The notes beneath the pieces were generated by a model. The model was not told the DNA's origin. It worked only from the letters and a program-made list of their open reading frames with translations, and ran no database searches. The translations under genes were made by a program, and so were the position numbers. Of a DNA stretch of 39,967 nt, positions 34,835-39,967 are shown in pieces. Within the stretch, counting starts at the first letter, position 1. Each line of letters opens with the position of its first letter. The stretch comes from a virus (taxonomy: Duplodnaviria; Heunggongvirae; Uroviricota; Caudoviricetes; Ackermannviridae), in the IMG/VR virus record IMGVR_UViG_2974546594_000001, positions 121,536-161,502 of that record; one strand, given 5' to 3'.

Positions 34835-35316
34835 TTCAAATATCCTTCTAGACGGAAGCGGTTAATATGCTGTATGATAAAATCCATAGAGTTTTGAAAA
34901 CTGTATTTCCCCTGATGTTCATAAGCGTGAATCAGGGGGAGACGGCTATGGGCCAATTGGAATCTCAACTTGGATGGCATTGTCAGCAATTTTTGACTCG
35001 TTGCTGCGATAATGTCTCGTTTAAATTTGGGATCATCAGGGGACAATACAACGATGCGTGACTTGGCCAAGGTTTGTCCAAATTGCTTGGCGTCGTTCCC
35101 ATAAAGACTACGCAAGTCGTCGTGGCGATATTTTAGCCAATACCAGTAGCCTTCTATTGAGTTGAAATTACCATCAACAGTATCCATGGGATGGTATGCA
35201 AAATGGGAAAGGAATCTGCCTAGTTCGGTGCGGCTTCGACTGTATATGTTGTAATGTGTCTTGCCTTCACTATCCGGCGTCATACGTTCTTTTGGAACAT
35301 TGAGTAATGGGAGCAT
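34831..35316 (-). CDS. NADAR-like protein (T4 30.3-like)
   Basis: FLSHFAYHPM....GNFNSIEGYWYWLK and LYG..AKQ.G align by eye with T4 30.3; alternative TTG start at 35331. Confidence 0.6.
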   Translation of the reverse strand: MLPLLNVPKERMTPDSEGKTHYNIYSRSRTELGRFLSHFAYHPMDTVDGNFNSIEGYWYWLKYRHDDLRSLYGNDAKQFGQTLAKSRIVVLSPDDPKFKRDIIAATSQKLLTMPSKLRFQLAHSRLPLIHAYEHQGKYSFQNSMDFIIQHINRFRLEGYLK

Positions 35317-35356
35317 GATATAGGGTCTCAAATCAAAATTGCTGTGTGTAATCAGG

Positions 35357-35548
35357 TCAAATCTTTTTATATGCTTTCAGGGTACAGATAATAGAGACGC
35401 CGCCAAATAGAACTAACAATATGAATCGTTCCATCCTGAAATCAGGAAGGGAAAGCAGTCCCACAAGGCTGTCTAAAGCAATCATGAACGTTACTCCAGT
35501 CAGCATGCCCAACTTAAAGGAGTTGGAACCTCTCTTGCAACGTAACAT
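35357..35548 (-). CDS. Small two-TM membrane protein (63 aa)
   Basis: GGAGG SD, two hydrophobic segments. Confidence 0.72.
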   Translation of the reverse strand: MLRCKRGSNSFKLGMLTGVTFMIALDSLVGLLSLPDFRMERFILLVLFGGVSIICTLKAYKKI

Positions 35549-35564
35549 AAATCACCTCCGATTC

Positions 35565-35587
35565 AAAATGGGGAGTTCTCTCCCCAT
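35565..35587 (-). terminator. Intrinsic terminator
   Basis: ATGGGGAG-AGAA-CTCCCCAT then TTT. Confidence 0.8.
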
Positions 35588-35595
35588 ACAGATAT

Positions 35596-36105
35596 CTAGC
35601 CCAGAAACACTACTAAAGTCAAATTTGTGAGACTGGTCCGAGCATCCTGCAACATTTCACGGGCGGCGGCTAAACGTTTTACATCATGTAAAGTGTCAGA
35701 GAACACGATTATGTTAGCCTTATCGATCCTGGTCCCCATGAAATGGGTGATTGTCGTCGTGCTCTCTTTCTTGTCGACATCAGGGATAAGTAATTCTTCG
35801 CCCGTCTGAGGGTTGCGGGAAGGATAGAAGAATGCATCACGTTCACGAGAAGTATGGAAGACGCCAAACACATATGCGTCGTTTTCGACCTGAAACTTTT
35901 TAGAAAGTAGTTTCTTCAGAGCGGCTGTATGTCCGGTCTGGCGGAGCATTCTGTAGTAGAGCATGTTGCCGGAGCAAATAGGGTCTATCACTCCCCTAAT
36001 CTGACGTTCCTTTTGTATCTCATACGCATCTGCCACAAGCTGCTGGATCATATCGACATGGGCATTCATGGAGATTTCTATTTTACGTTTGATCATAGAT
36101 TGCAT
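35596..36105 (-). CDS. Hypothetical protein with degenerate P-loop-like motif (169 aa)
   Basis: RQTGHT resembling RQxGKT; IIVFSD strand. Confidence 0.78.
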   Translation of the reverse strand: MQSMIKRKIEISMNAHVDMIQQLVADAYEIQKERQIRGVIDPICSGNMLYYRMLRQTGHTAALKKLLSKKFQVENDAYVFGVFHTSRERDAFFYPSRNPQTGEELLIPDVDKKESTTTITHFMGTRIDKANIIVFSDTLHDVKRLAAAREMLQDARTSLTNLTLVVFLG

Positions 36106-36148
36106 TTGGTATATCCTCAGTTAGGTTCCGCTCATGGGGAACGGGTCC

Positions 36149-36174
36149 ATTATACACCCAATGCTGGAAATGAA
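36149..36174 (-). promoter_or_regulatory. TTCATT-N14-TATAAT candidate promoter
   Basis: Starts in the terminator tail; -10 flanked by short GGGT/ACCC repeat. Confidence 0.5.
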
Positions 36175-36194
36175 AAAGAGGCCGAAGCCTCTTT
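36173..36194 (-). terminator. Intrinsic terminator ending the late Hoc cluster
   Basis: AAAGAGGC-TTCG-GCCTCTTT-TT. Confidence 0.88.
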
Positions 36195-36414
36195 AATCGT
36201 CGTATTGGCCTGTCCTGAAATTCCATTTTCGCGCCTTGGATAAATCCAAATCTTTGAAAATGTTGCCAAAGATCTTTTTAAAATCAGACTCTTCTTCAAG
36301 ATCTTTTGGTTTTTTGACAGGCTCCTTGACCATACCGCCTTCGGGTTTCCCCACATCGGCGGTCGTGGTTGCCGGAGCAGAAGAGTCTTCAAGGAAATCC
36401 TGGAAGCTCTTCAT
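36193..36414 (-). CDS. Small protein (73 aa), candidate internal head protein
   Basis: N-terminus MKSFQDFLE resembles the T4 capsid-targeting sequence. Confidence 0.6.
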   Translation of the reverse strand: MKSFQDFLEDSSAPATTTADVGKPEGGMVKEPVKKPKDLEEESDFKKIFGNIFKDLDLSKARKWNFRTGQYDD

Positions 36415-36417
36415 AAA

Positions 36418-37227
36418 TTACACCACAGCCATTTCACAACGAGTAGACGTGACAGAATGGCCATCTGCGTCAGAAACAACACACCAATATTCGCCTTCAT
36501 TTGCAGCTTCAACTGCTGTGATAACCAGGTTAGCAGTGGCGGCGGTGGCATTAGTGCCAGCATCGATAACTGACCCCGCACCCCCAGGAGTATCAGAGAA
36601 ATGCCACACATAAGTGTATGGAGTTGTACCACCCGCAGCAACAACACTAAAGGTTCCGTCTTGTCCGGAAGTTACGTCTTTGGTGGCAGGTAAATCAGTA
36701 GACAAAGACAGAGCGCCTGCAACTGTAATAACCGTAGAATCTGTGTGATTCCCTTCAACCGTGACACCATAAACCGTTACAGTTCCTGAAGCCAGCAATT
36801 TGAATTTACCCCCACCGACATGTACAGCTTTCGTAATATCACCAGAATACCAATTAACGCCTTGATATGTGGCATTGGCAGGGGATACCGTCGCCAGCAA
36901 TTCAACAAACTGTCCGATCTCTCCGCTGGCTGTAGCTGGAGTAATCACAAGTCCGGTGGTTAAAATAGCATTCGGATCGTGGATTTCATAAGATACTTGA
37001 AAGCCGATAGGCTTGGTGGGATCCACTTTGGTGACACCGTCCGCTTGTAAATTGCTCTTGGTGAGCAGAGCGTCAAGACCTTTACATTCGGTCAGGATCT
37101 CATCAGGATCTTGGTTGAGGCTGGTCTTTTGCCAACCCTTTGCAACACCCGTCACGACATGATTGCGTTCGGTTTCCGGTTTGTTGCGGACAACTTCCGG
37201 CGCGACTAATACTGTGATTGTTGGCAT
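36418..37227 (-). CDS. Ig-like domain virion protein (Hoc-like; Big_2 plus I-set-like domain)
   Basis: L.ATVSPANAT...V.W.S Big_2; GGTTPYTYVW...L.I......EGEYWCVVSD Ig domain; GGAGG SD. Confidence 0.82.
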   Translation of the reverse strand: MPTITVLVAPEVVRNKPETERNHVVTGVAKGWQKTSLNQDPDEILTECKGLDALLTKSNLQADGVTKVDPTKPIGFQVSYEIHDPNAILTTGLVITPATASGEIGQFVELLATVSPANATYQGVNWYSGDITKAVHVGGGKFKLLASGTVTVYGVTVEGNHTDSTVITVAGALSLSTDLPATKDVTSGQDGTFSVVAAGGTTPYTYVWHFSDTPGGAGSVIDAGTNATAATANLVITAVEAANEGEYWCVVSDADGHSVTSTRCEMAVV

Positions 37228-37598
37228 GGTTTCCTCCACTCATCCAAATCGTTGTTCAGAGCCATCATCAGCTCGTTATCTGGTTCGTATGAACCGGAAC
37301 ATAAATCATCTCGCCAAACACCTAACGTCAACAGCGCTGCTTTAAGACGAGGATGTTGGTTCTTATCCGTTTTCAACACCAGCATTCGACACACGGCTTC
37401 AGTTTCGAAAGTATTGAAAAGAATAATCAATTGATTGATAAGTACGCGAGGACTTTTCCCTGGCACAAATCTTTTCAATGATTGATTAATTAGCGAAATT
37501 CGCTGAATGTCTACCATCAAATCATCTCTTGAGACACCAGGGGTGATATAATGTCTTAGAGCGTACTCCATCAAATTGCTTTCGTCAACGATAGCCAT
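37206..37598 (-). CDS. Conserved T4-superfamily hypothetical protein (130 aa)
   Basis: N...YAL.HY..P....D...D..RI.....R.LIN.LIIL.N.F pattern recalled from T4-like phages. Confidence 0.8.
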   Translation of the reverse strand: MAIVDESNLMEYALRHYITPGVSRDDLMVDIQRISLINQSLKRFVPGKSPRVLINQLIILFNTFETEAVCRMLVLKTDKNQHPRLKAALLTLGVWRDDLCSGSYEPDNELMMALNNDLDEWRKPCQQSQY

Positions 37599-37630
37599 AT
37601 TGAATTATAATCAGCAGTTATACACTGGGA

Positions 37631-38044
37631 TTATTTAATCTGCAGTTTTTCAGCCAATTGCGAGATTATTTCATTACGGTCAGTCGCGTCGATACCCAGG
37701 GGTTCCGCAAGTGTTTTAAGATCATTGATATCGAGCAAAAGAAGAACTTCAACTGTAATATCGGTTGATACCACAGTACCTGGTTTCATCGGCTTACCGA
37801 ATTTATCTAACCCATATCGACGTAAAGTACCCGCCAGCCCCGTAAGTTCCGCGAGAAGCTCTTTCGTGCCGTCTTTGTATTCACAGACCCAACCGTAGTC
37901 ACCAGCATAAACAATGCCGCCGTCACCACCCTGAGGGATGTTATCCACCACACGCTGAAGATAACTTGGAAGTTTGTTTTCTTCCTGGGCGGTGATTTCT
38001 TGAATGGTTTGGGTATTTTCAATTTTCTTTTGTGTCTTCGCCAT
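37631..38044 (-). CDS. Hypothetical protein (137 aa) with C-terminal HeH/Rho_N-like motif
   Basis: AGGAG SD before ATG 38044; L.INDLKTLAEPLGI...RNEIISQL. Confidence 0.78.
   Translation of the reverse strand: MAKTQKKIENTQTIQEITAQEENKLPSYLQRVVDNIPQGGDGGIVYAGDYGWVCEYKDGTKELLAELTGLAGTLRRYGLDKFGKPMKPGTVVSTDITVEVLLLLDINDLKTLAEPLGIDATDRNEIISQLAEKLQIK
37632..37638 (-). promoter_or_regulatory. Candidate late promoter TTAAATA
   Basis: 34 nt upstream of ATG 37598; overlaps the upstream stop codon. Confidence 0.35.
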
Positions 38045-38318
38045 GATCAGTTCTCCTATAGACTGTAATATATTTACCACAACAATTGCAGCAATAAACA
38101 TGCATGGAATATCCGTCGTCGTTAAAATCACAGCCGCCACAACGACAAAATAATTTCACGAACTGGTCGCCTATGACTTCTCTAGGAGGAAAATTCCTGA
38201 ACGAGTATTCTCTGAGTTCACCCTCAAATTGGAATGAATCAACAAGGAACTTTGTTTTTCGGCGCAGTGATCCAAATGCCTGTTGCTCATACACGAAGTA
38301 AACATCTCTGGTTTCCAT
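38019..38318 (-). CDS. Cys-rich hypothetical protein (99 aa)
   Basis: GAGG SD; CRCGGC...CCNCCG. Confidence 0.72.
   Translation of the reverse strand: METRDVYFVYEQQAFGSLRRKTKFLVDSFQFEGELREYSFRNFPPREVIGDQFVKLFCRCGGCDFNDDGYSMHVYCCNCCGKYITVYRRTDHGEDTKEN
38071..38077 (-). promoter_or_regulatory. Candidate late promoter GTAAATA
   Basis: 27 nt upstream of ATG 38044. Confidence 0.4.
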
Positions 38319-38330
38319 ATCAACCTCAAA

Positions 38331-38357
38331 GAAAAGGAGGCCGAAGCCCCCTCTTTT
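38331..38357 (-). terminator. Intrinsic terminator after rIIB
   Basis: GAGGGGGC-TTCG-GCCTCCTT-TTCTTT. Confidence 0.82.
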
Positions 38358-38371
38358 ATGTCAGTTCGCGG

Positions 38372-39955
38372 TTACTTGTATAGACCGTCAACATCAATAG
38401 ATTTATGTTGGCGGTTGTATTCCGTAGTATAGTCATCCAACACGAGATATTCACAGCAGCGGATTTTACTAGAACCGTAATCATCAGTGATAGACACGAT
38501 GTCTTTCGGGTTCAGCTTACAACGCACAACCCGCTGGCCCAGGCTACCGAAACATTGTTTCAGATACGCCAGAGAACAAACGTGAAGACCATAGGAGCAC
38601 AGGTCTTTGTTGTTATCGTTCACGAATGAGCGAGCCATCCGAACAATGGTCCCAGGAGCATTACTAACTTTTCCTGTGCGCTTGTCCATGTAGTTACCGC
38701 GAACGGATTTATACAGGATGATATCGCCGTCTTCATGAATCTCAATGTCTGAGTATGCCATGAATTCATAGATTCGACCAGACTGAACCAGCGCAGCGCT
38801 CGGGTTTTGGAACATCTTGTCAAGGAAACGGCCCAAGCGTTCCAAGTTCGGATAATCGCCTTTTAATGCCAAAGCCAAAATGCGTTTGGCAACGGAAGTT
38901 CCGGTGATATCATAGCCACCCCAGCGAACACGATTGTCTGAAAGGTCAACCATGCCTGTGGTGAATTGTTTGATGGCTTCACGCGGTTTCATCAGAGTGT
39001 ACGCTGTTTTGACGTCACGATTTTTAATCGCTTCAACAATACGGTCATACGCCTGGTGGCTCGTTGTGATCGTTTCCGGTTTACCATCAACCGCGATCAC
39101 GATACTTTCCGGCAAAATCATGATCTGGTGTTCGTTCAGGAACACAGACAGATCTTTTTCATTAAATGAATTCTGAGTTTGCTTGTCGCCTGTTTCTCCA
39201 ACAACTGCAACCGTCTTGACCACGAATAATACGGATGACAATGCCAGACGAAGTGTACGGCCTAAAATTACATCAAAGTAACCCACGCGCCGACGGGCAT
39301 CAAGGGAACCGCGCATCGGGTATGTTTCGCCGTCATGTTGTACACTGATTACCACGCCATCATTGACTTTGGTAACGCCATCAACCAGTGCTGTCGCCAA
39401 TTCGGCCAACGGCGAAATATTTTCTTCATTGAAGCGGCTTGACCGAGTTTCTAACGGTTTCAGTTCTTCGCTTCTGAAAAGTTTGGCCTGAATAGCAGCA
39501 GAGCTATCGTAACGCATACAGATAAACACTGTTTGGTTTTCCAGGAAACGGCCAACATACCATTCTTCGCCTTCAGAATCGACAGACACCGAACCTTCCA
39601 GAACTTCATAGGTGTCGGGGATTTTCCCTTCTTCAGTCAATTCTTTAATTGGCGAAATCACGACCACGTTATTAGATTCTTTGATGATACGAACCATCAG
39701 GGCGCGGGCAATTGTTTTGGCACTGACGCCATAAACTGATGCCATAGAAGAATTGCTTTCACCTTTGCTGCTCTTGGTTTGTATTTCTTGAATCTGTTCA
39801 GTGGTCAGAGACTTAATCGAAGCTGGATCCACTCCCAGTTCTTTATCCGACACGCGTTGTATCATTGAGCGCGGTACGCCCAATTCACTGGCTATTGAAC
39901 TTTGACTTCTGTTCTCATTCAACAGCTTGAGAATACGTTTTTCTATAGCATTCAT
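38372..39955 (-). CDS. rIIB: RIIB protein with N-terminal HTH repeats
   Basis: DG....YK.VR.NY.D..TG..SN.PG..V.M.R..V.D.....CS.GLHVCS..Y, KLNPKDIVSI..DY...K.R.CEY. Confidence 0.9.
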   Translation of the reverse strand: MNAIEKRILKLLNENRSQSSIASELGVPRSMIQRVSDKELGVDPASIKSLTTEQIQEIQTKSSKGESNSSMASVYGVSAKTIARALMVRIIKESNNVVVISPIKELTEEGKIPDTYEVLEGSVSVDSEGEEWYVGRFLENQTVFICMRYDSSAAIQAKLFRSEELKPLETRSSRFNEENISPLAELATALVDGVTKVNDGVVISVQHDGETYPMRGSLDARRRVGYFDVILGRTLRLALSSVLFVVKTVAVVGETGDKQTQNSFNEKDLSVFLNEHQIMILPESIVIAVDGKPETITTSHQAYDRIVEAIKNRDVKTAYTLMKPREAIKQFTTGMVDLSDNRVRWGGYDITGTSVAKRILALALKGDYPNLERLGRFLDKMFQNPSAALVQSGRIYEFMAYSDIEIHEDGDIILYKSVRGNYMDKRTGKVSNAPGTIVRMARSFVNDNNKDLCSYGLHVCSLAYLKQCFGSLGQRVVRCKLNPKDIVSITDDYGSSKIRCCEYLVLDDYTTEYNRQHKSIDVDGLYK

Positions 39956-39967
39956 CTTGTAGTTCTC

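Noticed and set aside
1-39967. tRNA genes, CRISPR arrays, IS elements or long direct repeats
   Set aside because: None seen; intergenic gaps are at most about 170 nt and are explained by promoters and hairpins.

Overview
A 40-kb slice of a large T4-superfamily myovirus genome. Gene order and content (gp32, gp54, gp2, dUMP hydroxymethylase cluster, uvsX, gp41, gp30, gp59, tape measure/hub/gp53/gp48, gp4, dCMP deaminase, DexA, macrodomain, gp52, fused gp39+60, Ig-domain Hoc-like protein, rIIB) match Vi1-like phages (Ackermannviridae, probably an enterobacterial Kuttervirus-like phage). That assignment is from recall, not a search. About 65 tightly packed CDS; no tRNA, CRISPR array, intron or intein seen. 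Highlights: (1) a recurring regulatory architecture in which the -10 hexamer of most non-late promoters sits at the apex or in the left arm of an inverted repeat, with two classes of upstream box (TTCAAT-N13-16 and TTGAA-N11), one hairpin pairing with the DNA ligase Shine-Dalgarno; (2) a 5-hmdU biosynthesis operon; (3) an accessory region with candidate counter-defence enzymes (orphan QueC-like, macrodomain, NADAR-like, MazG-like, DUF6527-like, metallophosphoesterase); (4) a late cluster with a candidate capsid-targeted internal protein; (5) two free-standing homing endonucleases and a GC mosaic across the topoisomerase genes. All functional calls are from motif recognition by eye, and GC values are hand counts.
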